DNA from: Octopus sinensis
Lineage: Eukaryota
NCBI RefSeq assembly: GCF_006345805.1
Contig: NC_043012.1
Location: forward strand, 50,654,001 to 50,718,000
Length of the DNA: 64,000 nucleotides
Direction of reading: 5' to 3'
Below the pieces are notes generated by a model. It did no database searches. It saw only the letters and a program-made list of their open reading frames with translations, and was not told where the DNA came from. Every line of letters starts with the position of its first letter. Within the stretch, counting starts at the first letter, position 1. A program made the translations under genes and the position numbers. This document shows positions 29,480 to 43,176 of this stretch, piece after piece.

Positions 29480-29910
29480 ATAAATTTAAGCGTTCACTTC
29501 TGAACTAACTAACTCACTCGGTGAGAGCCTCAGTTCAAATCGCACGTGCCTCGAATGGGCTGGAGTATTTCTATTTTCGATGTATTTGGGGTACTTGTGC
29601 CCATGACTTAGTATTTGCTTCTTCCATGGGTATGAGTAAGTATCTCATTTATTTCTTTTGCCACATGTATCACTGACGAAGAGAGGTCTCTTAGTAGCTA
29701 ACTCTGAAATCGGTCCAATATGGTAATAATGGAATTTTTTAGAAATTTCCGTCGACCTTTTTTCGAGTAGCGTGCGTATTGTGAAAAAATTATATGGTTA
29801 ATGGACAATTTATGAATTGTTTATAAATGTAACCGTTAAAGGTATTTTTTAATATGCTGGCCATTGATAAAATTTTTTTCGAGAAAATATTTTTTTTCGA
29901 AAAGAATTTT
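29480..29910 (+). mobile_element. Probable pLTR-like insert between (TA)n tracts with decayed hammerhead (29665-29722)
   Basis: CUGACGA-AGAG..CUCU-GAAA-UCGG-UC; stem I not intact. Confidence 0.45.
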
Positions 29911-29932
29911 ATCCTCACATTTGATATATATG

Positions 29933-30022
<90 letters not shown>

Positions 30023-30654
30023 GAGAGAGAAAGAGAAAGAGAGAGAGAAAAAGCAGACGAGGTGTCCAACACTGAAGTGAGGAAGAAATATTTTTTCTTC
30101 TTCTTCTTCCTCTTCTTCTTTTTCTTCTTCTTTTACATATACATATATGCATACACACACACACACACACACATACACACACGCATATATATATATATAT
30201 ATTTAAATATAAGTCACTGTCCTGTCCTTTTTACTGTTTTTACTGTTTTGTTCTCACTTGTCCTGTTTTAGTTACCAATTTTACCCTCCGCAAAAAATTC
30301 CAAATTCTATTTCATTTGCTTTGCGGGAAGGACTGTTTCAACGAAGTTGCATTTTGTCCTTTTCTTGGAGCGTGGAGTAGATGAAACAGGGACAACTGAA
30401 GAAGGGAAATATTCTCTATGTTGTATGTCTCGTTTCTCTCCTTGTTATTTTGTGTTTTCGTTGTTCGAAAAAAAAGCCGTTTCTATGTTTTTGTTTCTCA
30501 TTGTTTTCAACGTTATTTTGATGCCCTGTGCCCTTATATTTATGTAGATATACATATATGTAGGTATGTACATATATGTATGTATATATGCATATATTTA
30601 TATATTATTTATATTATTACATGGGCGAACGCCGTGCATCTTTTTCCAAGTAAG

Positions 30655-30702
<48 letters not shown>

Positions 30703-30705
<3 letters not shown>

Positions 30706-30912
30706 GAGGTGCAATGGCCCAGTGGTTCAGGCAGCGGACTCGCGGTTTTGATTCTCAGACCGGGCGTTGTGAGTGTTTATTGAGCAAAAATACCTAAAAC
30801 CTCCACGAGGCTCCGGCAGGGGATGTTGGCGATCCCCGCTGTACTCTTACGCCACAACTTTCCCTCACTCTTTCTTCTGTTGGCGTGCTAGCTTAGCCAG
30901 CGGGGTGGCGTC
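30703..30912 (+). mobile_element. tRNA-derived SINE family C (internally deleted)
   Basis: GTGGAGGTGCAATGGCCCAGTGGTT head and body match 48784-48960. Confidence 0.8.
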
Positions 30913-30913
30913 T

Positions 30914-30995
<82 letters not shown>

Positions 30996-31014
30996 GTGTG
31001 TGTGTATGTAGGGA

Positions 31015-31213
31015 GAGAATTCATAAAAAAGACGAAAGGCGAAGACAGGCGGTGTAGACCACCTACAGATGTATTAGTTTAGCGCTCGGGAAGTGAAAAT
31101 GTGCTTAACGTTTCGAGTCTACACTCTTTCACGGAAAGGAACAAAGAAAGGAACACAGAAAGAACCAAGGAGAGAAAATAAAGAATGTTTAGTGACTGGC
31201 GATCTATCATGGC
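31015..31213 (-). mobile_element. Family H repeat with hammerhead-like motif (31103-31138)
   Basis: Homologous to 62316-62500; minus strand GAGU guag ACUC GAAA CG UU. Confidence 0.75.
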
Positions 31214-31249
31214 GGACAGAGACACAGGCTTAATCGCTTAATCCTCAAG

Positions 31250-31412
31250 TTTTTCATTCTCTCTCTATTTATTTTCTTTAATTCTTTTCTGCTGAAGTGC
31301 GTAGGCACGAAACGCAAAAGACTTCCTAATTTTCAGTGAGTCAAACTAATACACATACTTGTTGTTCATACATCCGCATTCGTCTTTTGTTTTCTGTAAA
31401 TTTCAACCATAC
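31250..31412 (+). mobile_element. Family H-related repeat, inverted relative to neighbour, hammerhead-like motif 31284-31320
   Basis: CUUUU-CUGCUGAA-GUGC guag GCAC-GAAA-CG-CA-AAAG then AAACTAATACA..TTCGTCTTTTG as in family H. Confidence 0.65.
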
Positions 31413-32464
31413 TTATATATATATATATATATAGGAAGATTGATTTTGAACATTGTCCCTTCGACTTATCACTTCTAATTTGGTGGCCTTGTGCAAAAAT
31501 TTGAAATCTATATTTTGCATGGTTATTCATCTCCTAAACTTGAGATCAATTCTAATGTCGCCTGGAAGAGACCTATCGAAGCAACCAGACAGGTTTTGAA
31601 GATCAAGTTTTCCTGTCAAAATTGCTGTTAGGACAAGAACATGCTGTCAACGTATCTGAGAAGATAGAAATCCCACTGATATTGACTGCAAAGTATATTG
31701 ATACAAATTTGACGAAGCTTGTAACGTTTTCTAAGACTTTACTCCTGAACATTCCATAAAAATTGCAAGACGAGTTTACGACGAGCTCATCTGCTGTGCG
31801 CCATCAATATAAAACAATTTTGGAGAAGTCATTCACCATTTAAGTTGATATTGATGATGAAACATGAGACCTAAGTTAGTGGCCCCTATAGCTTTCATTG
31901 CCTCACCCTTTCTCGCACTGTTGTGATAATCTTTGGGATTAGAACGTACTTTATAACTGTATTACAATTCTTATTTATTCCCTTAAGTATTTGCCTTTAA
32001 ATGTGTTTATTGTCCAGATTGTGTAATATGTATGCTTTAAAAAGATATATGTTACTTTCACACATACGTATGGCCCATGGGGCTTATTCTATCGTCGTCG
32101 CTATAAAAAAAAATTAAATACAATAAAAAATAAATATATATAATTGTGGATCGCATAATCACCTAATCATATAATGAGGAAATCAATGGGGTAACAAGCT
32201 TCGCCCTCATTGAATTCAACGTCACGGCAAGTTTTTTTCAGGTAGACATTACAGCTGCACAACGATATTCCTGTACATCCCCCACCACACGCACACATTC
32301 CACAGCCACAGGCATAAACGCACTCTCAAACGCACACACACACACATGTTTGTAACTTTCATGTTTTAAATAATTAATTTACCAGCACGACAACCAAAAA
32401 CGAGTGGCTGGCTTCCTGTTAATGAGTATAATGCCACACATGATATATACTTTTATATTACATA

Positions 32465-32830
32465 CTAGCACTATGACCCGGCGTTGCCGGGTCATAGTGC
32501 TAGTGCATGCATATACAGCTGCGTGCGTGCGCACATACACGCGAGTACTGTTCAAATCTCCGACCAGTCACATACAGGTAGCTGGCATTCAGTTGGCGTG
32601 TCAAGTTTCGGGCATTTTGATTGGGTTTTGTACAGAAAATTCACAAAGAAGTAACTTCTATTGATTTTTTCATGGCTTTGCCGGGTGACTCGGAAAACGG
32701 AGAGATGTGCACGGCCACCATTGGATAGTTTTGAATGACCATAGAAAGTGTGAGCCCTCTAACTAAAATATTGTGGATATGTAAAAAAGACACATACACA
32801 CAGACATACATTTTGCCGTTTATATAGAGA
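32465..32830 (-). mobile_element. Non-autonomous Helitron
   Basis: Minus strand starts TCTCTATATAAAC after host A, ends with a GC-rich hairpin and CTAG before host T; no TSD. Confidence 0.8.
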
Positions 32831-33310
32831 TACGGACGCGCGCGCATATACTATATCAACTTCTTTAATGCTAGCGTTTGGAATTGAAGAAAACTTGGCT
32901 ACCAAGTTTTGCATATCAATCGCTTGCGCTAAAGCCTGTACTCGAGACGAATTCTTTATCTGCGTGCACTGACAAATCTTAAAAAAGCATTTATCCTTGT
33001 GCATAATCCTGGTAAATCCAATCAGTACTAATGCTTGAGATGCTAGGATAACATTTGTTGTAGTTTAACCACTTTTTGCGCAATCATTTTTTCTCCTCTC
33101 TGTTCCTCAAAATCTTCTACTATTCAATAATTTTTCCATTAACTTTTCTTTCTTTTTTATTCAACCTCTAATTTTTAGTTTCAATTTCATTCAATATAAT
33201 TTCGCATTCGGTGATTAATTTAGTTTGTCGAGGAGGAAGATAGAAGGGGCTCTGAAGTTACATATATATTTATCAATACTTTAGAAATATTATTATTATT
33301 ATTATTATTA

Positions 33311-33393
<83 letters not shown>

Positions 33394-33950
33394 GAGTGAG
33401 AGAGCAGTTCATGCCATCAAAGTGACACTGGGGTAAAATATACGAAGCCCAATATACCCATCATGACTACCCATCTGATAAGGGTACACCAGGCACATGC
33501 ATCACAACCATATGTGCGCGACATGGTGATCTCATATCAAGATAAACAGCACATGACCTTGCAGGTGGGGCCCAGTTAGAATTTTCTTCAGATTGAGTAG
33601 CACATCCCGCTCAAAAGGTCCCTGAATAAGGGTTGTTTAAGGATGTTGAAAGAACCACCCATGTTTCCATAGGTGAATTATTCAAACCCCAAAGAATCCC
33701 TCTCAACACATGGCTATGATGCTCCTCCACTACTTCTGCTCGTGATCAGAGATGCACATATCGTCAGCCACTAAGGGACATGCTCAACTGGTTAAGGTCA
33801 AACAACTGACAAGCAAATCTGTGGTATTGAGCAGAATATTTGCCGTAGCCCATATTTTATACCAAGACAAAACAATGTACATGATAACACTTCCAATCAG
33901 TTAAGATCAGAAGCCATGAGAGCCACTGCCTGGTACTGCATCAGGGCATT
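33394..33950 (-). mobile_element. (AAT)n-targeting ~560-bp non-coding element, second copy
   Basis: Reverse complement of 2579-3135 with few substitutions; (ATT)n on both sides. Confidence 0.88.
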
Positions 33951-34387
33951 TATTATTATTATTATTATTATTATTATAATTATTATTATTATTATTATTA
34001 TTATTGTTTGTGGTGATGGTCATAACATTGACCGAAGTAGCCAAGCTTCTTGCTAACATGTGGAAGTCATTTATATTGTAGCTGCATTGCTGTTTTTGTA
34101 TCTCTGGTCGAAGCTTTACTGCTGTTGCTATTGTTGTTGCTACTGTCGCTCCTCTGTCTCTCCCCGCCGCTCATCGACGAACGAAACTCTCGAAACTATT
34201 TGTTACTAACATCGAGCAAAAATTCTAAATTTTTCCACGTGGAATAAAAAATTGGACAAATTCGATATGTCCTCGAATCACTAGTCCTCAAGCATTCGGC
34301 AAGAGCAGATTATAACAAATGAGTTTCCATTACTGCTGAATTGCTAATTAAAGATGTTAGAACGAGAACCTTATTTCTGATAAGATA

Positions 34388-34602
34388 ATCCAGCGAGCTT
34401 GCAGAATCATTAGCACGCCACGCAAAGTGCTTAGCCTCATCTTACCCGTCTTTACGTTCTGTTTTAATGCCCGCGGCTTCAACTTTATGTTACATTCTTT
34501 CGGTTTTGATCAAATAAGTTCCAGTAGAGGACTGCGGTTGATGTAATCTACATACACCGTCCCCACAAATTTCTGGCCTTGTACCAAAATGTGAAATCAA
34601 TA
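34388..34602 (+). mobile_element. SINE family A (old copy)
   Basis: CAGCGAGCTTGCAGAATCATTAGCACGCC head; decayed core and tail. Confidence 0.65.
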
Positions 34603-37600
34603 TTAAGTTATTTATATAACTACCTGAATAAATATTTTTTTAGACCCTATTCAGACCTTATCCAGAAGACATATAATCAGATGCTTTCCTGTCATACAAA
34701 TATAAGTTAGTGAATGTTTGGAAGTTATTACTCGCATGGCAATCGGTTGGGTAGTAAGAGTCTTACGCTCTTTAGAAATATGTTATCGGGTTGGTGTGTT
34801 TAATATTTTTTTCGTTTTAAACTTTGTTATGCATTACATACCATTAAATTTTAACTACATTCTGTTTTCTTTCCATCATTTCGACTTAATCACGGTCTGG
34901 AGGATGGTTAAATGAAAGGAAGTAACATAACTAATTGCATGCTAGATTACACAGACGTATCCATAATCCAGGCTTCGATGGCATGTCAATGTTATACTCA
35001 TGGTAATTGTCTATAATCGTTATATAATAACAACAAGAATATTATATTCAATCAATTTATGTTCGCTCTTTCATATGAATGAACGAAATGAAACGATCCA
35101 ACATTTTAGCTTGTGCTTAGAGAACGCTCTTTCAATTTATAGTATTTTATTGTCACATGTGTGCGAAATTTGCAATGAATTGTACATAATAGCTAATTCT
35201 AATCTTAATATTTGAAGGAGATTTTATAACGTCTTTAAGCTGGATTACTGTGAGAAGTCAGAAGTCTAATGCTACCTGCTCTCACACTTCAAGGGAAAGA
35301 AAAGGAAGCAAAAGTTCTTCGACTGGTTGTTTGCCCCTCGCATTTTTCTATTCAAATGAAATTGCTCCTAACGTCATAATTAACGAGATTCAACGAGCTT
35401 TAATTTGGATCAACTTTGCCAAATGTAAACGAATTATTTCTAATAAATGACGCCATGAAAATTTCGAAAACCGTTATACAATATTCTAATTTATGAGGGA
35501 GTAGGGGATTTCATTCTTGATATATCTTAAAACCAACTGTTGCAAAGTGCGATGCCGAACAACTGGATGCCACTAACACAGATTGCATTAGACAGAATAT
35601 ATCACTTTCCATCTGCAAATGCATATGAATACAATTAGCATCTCAACGTATGCAACGCAAGGCAAAAGTATAATATTTCCAATTTTGGAGAGGACTTACG
35701 TCTTCTCAAAGATCAACATATTGCAGCAGGTGCTTCCAGTTTCTACCAATTTTTCATTATTTTAGTCTAAAATAACCTATTTATTGAATATAAGTGGATA
35801 TTTTCGTGTATAACTTGCAAAGTAATAGGAGGGAATTACATTATATGCTTGCTATTGGGTTAGAATGAGATGATATCGAACTTAACGATTTAGTATATAT
35901 GGTGATGAGAAATATTTATATGGTGATGTATCTTGATGTATTTAAATAAATGCATTGAGAAAACTTGTTTGCATATCTCTTCTTTGCCAAAGAGCATCTG
36001 AATTTAAAGTGACAGAAGAATTGCCTTAAAAGATCTCACATAGTGAAACAGCAAATAGAACATTGATAAAACTATATATTCTAGAGAGCAAACTTTCATT
36101 TTAGAGCCTTCAAATATTCCTGTTTTGCTCAAATGCTGAAGCGAAAACTACGAATGCATATAGGGTATGGACATACATAAATATGTTAGAAATTATTTAG
36201 AAAATAAAAAGATATTTGACACAGCTGAATTGAATGCTTCACAAGCGCTTAAGAAGATTAAATAACTGGAATTTTTTCTCATATATTATTTTCACTGTTG
36301 CTGCAAAATTTGGTATTCTGCCTACAACAACCAACTGAAGGCAGCTTGCGAGTGATTTCTTGCCCCTTTACTTTTTAATGAGTATGATCTTATAGACGTA
36401 TTCTTCACTTAACTGCGTTTATCTTGAATTCTTTCTCTGCTTCAATCATTCGGAGATCAATTATTCCTGCTAATGCGTCGGATGTACTATAAGTTACTGC
36501 TCAATCGTCGTGTTCATCTTAACAAAAATTGATACAAAGTTATGTAATTTATTTCTTAAAAATTCCGTTGTAAGAAATATTAGCTCAATCCTGGTGTCAT
36601 TTGCAACTGGGATACATTGAGTAGATAAAAGAAAACGATAAATATGTGCCTTTTGACAGAAATGAAGGTTAAACACCAGCAGATAAAAGAACAGAATTTT
36701 CCGATATGCTGAAAAATTATGTACATATGACCGATCACAGTATCATACATCATTGTACTATACAGTTTCAACATTTTGTATTACTTGCAATTTTGCATCG
36801 TAACTATTCGATGTAGGTTTCTAGACCTGCCTGATACGTTCAACATATGATTTTCTATCTAAATTTATATTTGGCAGTACGAAATTAGCGCAAGTCAGTC
36901 GAATGGACTGCTCTTCTTTTGCTAGTAGTGTTTGTTCGTTGCTCGGTTAATCTCGTCCACATAGATCACGTGGGATATCTACAGTGCACATGGTACAGCT
37001 GTAACTCATTGGTACGGATTCACGCCAGCTTTTGGAAATATGCTGAATCGTCCTCTTTAATCTGCAAAGTGTGGTGTGAAACAAATTAACTTCCACGTTA
37101 GTTCGCTCTACAGTTCTGATGTGTATAGGGGTTAACTTAATAAACTAGTAAAAAAATAAATGAAACACTATCGAAAATATAACAATTACTGCACGTCTAA
37201 GCACACACATACAGTATAAATATTTCAGTTAAAAACATCGGGTATAGCAATGTAAAATATTAAATAGTTACAAGCATTACCAAGTGAAGAGTTTGCAATA
37301 ATTACATGCCATTTCAGTGTTATCAGAAGTTACCCAGTAATTATTGCATTTTAATGAAGTACCCACGCATACAAACACACACTCACACACACACAAACAC
37401 ACACACAAAAAGGCACATAACGCGCGTGGGCATACATACACACCAACACATATATGAATCGGAACTATGAAAATATACATGTGATATACAAAATATATAT
37501 CAATCATAACAAGTATGCTATTTATCTGCTTTTGTATATAAATTATTTTTACGACAAATATCAGGAATGTCAACTTAATGATCAAATTTGATACATATAA

Positions 37601-37742
37601 GGATATACACATTTCACTCACGCAAATATGTGCACCCACATGTGGGCGTCTATACGCACGTAAGCACACACATGCTGTCATACACATAAATATAAAAACA
37701 TGTACACAACTATGTTTGCATATATTTAATTTATATATCGGT

Positions 37743-37773
<31 letters not shown>

Positions 37774-37845
37774 CATGCATACATATATATAATACATGCA
37801 TACATATATAGATAGATAGATATAAATATATATATATATATACGC

Positions 37846-37903
<58 letters not shown>

Positions 37904-37972
37904 GCATACATATATATAAATACATGCATACATATATAGATAGATAGATATAAATATATATATATATATATA

Positions 37973-38012
<40 letters not shown>

Positions 38013-38031
38013 TATATAATATATTATATAT

Positions 38032-38068
<37 letters not shown>

Positions 38069-38993
38069 TTATGTATGTATGTATGTATATATTTATGTAT
38101 GTATGTATGTATATATTTATGTATGTATGTAATTTATATATCGGTAATTATTTATGACTTCCATTAATTTAGCTACTTTGCTTCGGAACTAAGAGTAAAG
38201 CAAATTTACAAATTATGTACATGTGTACACTCATACTGTGAATATTTGCGTGTCTCTCTGTATACATGCATGAATGCGTATATTTTATTCATATTTTCAG
38301 CACTAGCGTAAATATGGCGCCTGGTTGTCTCAGTCACTGCTGGACGTTGTAGTCGCAATGACGTGTTCAGTTTAATAGCAAAAGATGACGCTTCACTTGT
38401 AATGCTATTATTGTCAAATAAGTAGAATTAAAAAATAATAACGAAAGGGACATTGGCTTTTGATGTCCCACAATGAGATGTTTGCAAATAATTGTATAAT
38501 TTGAACGATATTTACATGGCCAGCCCAATCATTGAAGTAATGGTTGAAAAGGTAGCTAAATAGATAGATAAATAGTAATTACCATAAATCTATTTATTTT
38601 GCTATCTATATGTGTACGTTCAGTGTGTGGGTGCGTGTGTAGTTGTGCGTATCTGTGTGTACACAGGCACACATACCCTCACATCCACAAGCATTGACAC
38701 TCATAGACAGAGACACTCATACACGCATACATACATAGACGCACACACGCATACAGACAGACATATATGTATGTATATACATATATATATATATATAGAG
38801 AGAGAGAGATATATATATACATACATATATATACACGCCAACGTGTATATGAATGTAAACTCAGAAAGACAAAGACTTGTACTCCGGGATAATAAGTTTA
38901 TCTATCTGTTAAACTATCTGTCGTGTTGTCTTCCTGTCTGTCCCTATATCTCTGTATCTCTCTATGTCTCCTCCTCTCTATCTCTGAGTATAA

Positions 38994-39050
<57 letters not shown>

Positions 39051-39899
39051 TATACACACACACATATATGTGTGCATGCATGTGTATGTCTGTGTCTGTA
39101 TATGTGTATATGTATATATATATATATAATATATGTATGTATGTGCATATATATATGTTTGTGTGCGTGTGTGTGTGCATGTATGCTCGTATGTCTATGT
39201 ATGTACGTACATATGTATGCGTGTATACATAAACACTTAACCGTAGATAGGGAATTCAGCCGGTGAGAGTTATCGATCAGATACTATAGTATTCTTCTAA
39301 CTAATGATTATACCTCTTTGGCCTTTTCTTAAGATGAAATCTTTAACGGTCACTGCTTAACCACTACCACCAAATCTATAATGAATTATTTGCTAGAAAT
39401 TACTTCAAATAACACATGGTCTAAATGGAAAATCACAGGCACTGGTAAAAGGAAGCAAGTGGGTTTAATTCACTATTCAAGATGAATGTTATACTACATT
39501 AATAAGAAACATTTGAGCCCTAGTAACTATAAACTGCGAGGAAACAGGCATTTCGACTTGCATAACATTAATGTCATCCATAAAAGCTTAAACAATTTAT
39601 TTTCTAAATACATTGTGCGTGAAAAAATATATCTGCACAACCCCTTGATTATATTCAACTTTCATCATTGATATCTCTTGGCTGCCAGCATAGAACATGA
39701 TGTTTTTCAAAAGCATTGATATGACCAATAAGCCTAAAACAGCTTCATATGATTGAGGGACTCGTAGTGGATATTTTCACAACTATATATTCGTATGATA
39801 TAATAAACGTACCAAGAAACCACGTAAGCTAAGCATTCAATTATATTACGCTGGAGATTCCTGTGCCAGAGGACAGAAGCCTCAAAGGGCTTGAAATAT

Positions 39900-40190
39900 A
39901 TTTCATTAATACAGCTTATATTCATCATGAAAAAGCAGGTTTTCTCTGCGCAAATATTTTCCTGTATGAATTTTGGCAGAGATATTACATAACCGAATCA
40001 GAGATTTCTAATTGCTGGAAGCAATACATCTTGGACTTTCCTCATGCGTATTATTATAGAATACCAAGTGATATTCCCAGATATGTTGAATTCAATAAAG
40101 GTCAAATAGGTAGGGACTCAAGCGTATCGTCACCTTGAAACTACGAGATTTCGTGATGCAACTGCCGAGAACTTTTACATACGTTAGTGG
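39900..40190 (+). pseudogene. Possible decayed hAT (Buster/Charlie-type) dimerisation domain
   Basis: YEFWQRYYITESEISNCWKQYILDFPHAYYY resembles EFW....YPEIS..A...L.PFP.TY. Confidence 0.35.
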
Positions 40191-40399
40191 GTGAAAACGA
40201 AGTGATTCAGGAATTTGTTTCAATATTCTCGAAGAAATATTGTAAGCTGAAATAGAATGGTAGCAAGTGACATACCTATATATATCTATATAGAAAGTGA
40301 ATGATTAGACCTAGCTTGAATTTATTTACATTACAAAAGAAGGTTTGCAAATGCATTGGTTATATAGTTTAATGTTACACCTCATATGCTAAATTTCTA

Positions 40400-40548
40400 G
40401 TGGAGTGGCTGTGTAGTAAGTAGCTTGCTTGCCAACCACGTGGCTCCGGGTTCAGTCCCACTGTGTGGCATCTTGTGCAAGTGTCTTCTACTATAGCTTC
40501 GGGCCTTGTAAGTGGATTTAGTAGACGGAAACTCAAACAAGCCCATCG

Positions 40549-40587
<39 letters not shown>

Positions 40588-40748
40588 ATGTGTGTGTGTG
40601 TGTGTTTGTGTTTGTGTCTGTGTGCCTGTGTTTGTCCCCCTAGCATTGCTTGACAACCGATGCTGGTGTGTTTAGGTCTCCATCACCAAGCGGTGCTCCA
40701 GCACGGCCACAGTCAAATGACTAAAACAAATAAAAGAGTAAAAGAGTA
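40400..40748 (+). mobile_element. SINE family B (CORE-like) with internal (TA)/(TG) tract
   Basis: GGAGTGGCTGTGTAGTAAGTAGCTTGCT head; tail GCGGTGCTCCAGCACGGCCACAGTCAAATGACT. Confidence 0.8.
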
Positions 40749-42489
40749 ATCGTACGATCATATATTAAAAAAAGTATACGTTAAATTTTACCTTGAAATA
40801 CATAATCTTTTGTCAAACCGTAGTTATCTAGGCATATTCGTAATGGAGGCCTAGTCAAAGACGAGATCAAGTAAATTTTCTAATATATCCTGTGTTCCCG
40901 TGGTGAAGCAGATGGAAACGACGTGTCTTCCCGGGAATCAGTTGTTCCACGTTTAATAAATGATATACAAACTAAGATTATATGAGATTGAAAAGACGTC
41001 CTCAAAGATCAATGCTTAAGCATTTAAGTATCTAATCGGTTACATTCCCTGCTTTTTGGAGTCCTAAATTCAAATGATGTGAGAAAAATGAAAAGCCTGC
41101 TCAATAACGATCATGATGTCTAATTTTATAACAATATTAATATATTTTGTAGAAAAGTATAAATCGATTATAGACACACACACACATATGTTTATGTGCG
41201 TGAGTGTGTGTGCTTGTGCGTATGTGTGTGAGTGTGCGCTTGTGTGCTTGAGTGTATGCATATATATTTTGACAATTAGCTGGCACTTAATTTTAGCAAT
41301 AAGGAAAAGACATGCACACACCAAATTGTGTGACCTCGTGCTTAAATTTACACACTAAGTCACCTACGCGGGCGCGCAAACTCACGCATTTCACTAATTG
41401 CTTTAGGACCTTTTGTAACTGTAAGCAGTTACCTCGGTCCAACACCTCTTTTATAAGAAATAAGGAGTATGTGCCAAATCTAAATGCTTTATAGCAACAT
41501 GTTAGAATAAAAAGACTTAGTATATCCGACTCAGGTAAACAACTACAGGTAAGGTAATGAAACAATTAAATCAAATCTCCCTGTAAAAACTTTCCACTAA
41601 CTTCAAACGGCTGCGTAACTACATATTTTGACGACTCTAATTGCTCACCACTCTGGAATGACTATTAGATTATGATTTTAATTTAAAGTAGACTAAGGAA
41701 AAACAGAATAACATTAAGTGATGATATCGAGCATTGTGCTGACATAGATATCAGAAAAATGACAGTTTAAGGGAGGTAGCCAATCGGAACAGTAGACTAA
41801 AGAGATGTCTTTGAGTGAGCAGCCAATCAGGACTTGAATCCAAATCTTAAAATATACATACACATCGCAATGTCACCTTGAAAAATACTTTGTTCCACAT
41901 GCAAAAGAGTAATACAAACGAGGAAAAATTCTACTCCAAAGAAAACGATGCAGTGTGTAAAATAGATTGTGATTTTCTAAAATCTTCATGGTCCCATTTG
42001 CTAACATAATTAATTTCTATGAATCGTACTGAATTTAAATAATCTTCTATCATATCTAATTGCAATGAAATTTATCAAAATTTTTATATTTCGAAGTTTC
42101 ATATTCTTGAAGAAGATATTGCGCACTTTATGTGATTCTATTATGAAATTTATTAAATATTTTATTTGCGAGCATGATATAAAACTACGGAATATTTGCT
42201 TGTGCATTCACTTACCTTTATATCTAAATCTTTACCTTTAGTTTTTTAAATTTACCATTGAAAAGAAAGAAAAAGAAAAACGAAAGTCAAACTGAAAAAT
42301 CCTGAAACCGGTAGAGTAAAGTTTTGAAGTAAATAAATAAATACAAGTATACGCTCTTTTAAAGACATACGTGCATTTAACCCACTCAAAAAAATCAATT
42401 TTCTTCTCACTCATACCACACACATATATATACATCTAAGTAATATATGCAGACGTACCTACATAAACATACTTATAAAGGTGTGTGTG

Positions 42490-42528
<39 letters not shown>

Positions 42529-43062
42529 ATGGACTCTTCCGTACGTCCAATATATTTATAGTGATTAAATGTTTATTTGTGCCACCCATTAGGTCACTCC
42601 CTCCATCAAATCGACCTTGTCTAAATAGGTGCTCGGTGCAACACGCGGAACGTGTCGAAGTGATCGCAAAGCAAAACACGAGAGGAAATACACCACCGGT
42701 GTCTAGGAATTGGGGCCACTTGGCCATGCGCCCTGAAGTATGCATGTGTATATGCGTATATATATATATATATATATATAGGCTATGAGAGGTAATGGTG
42801 TCAGTGAGACACAAATGTGTCAAGTAAAGCTGAATAAGTGCTATGGATAGACCATAGTTAAGTTCCAGATTTGTCTCCGAGGAAGAGATATAATAAATAT
42901 CCTATAAATAGCCGCAAGACCTATTTATAAATGTTCTAAAATCTACACAGCCTTGGTTTTTATCTCATTGCGAAAAACTTTTTACACACACACACACATA
43001 AATATATATACACTCTCATGTATATATATGTATGTATATATATATGTATATAAATATATATG

Positions 43063-43171
<109 letters not shown>

Positions 43172-43176
43172 ATATA

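Noticed and set aside
31600-31850. Mariner-like HTH remnant (DEFTTSSSAVRHQYKT); similar faint trace at 35500-35730
   Set aside because: Too decayed, no TIRs found; unsupported without a profile search.
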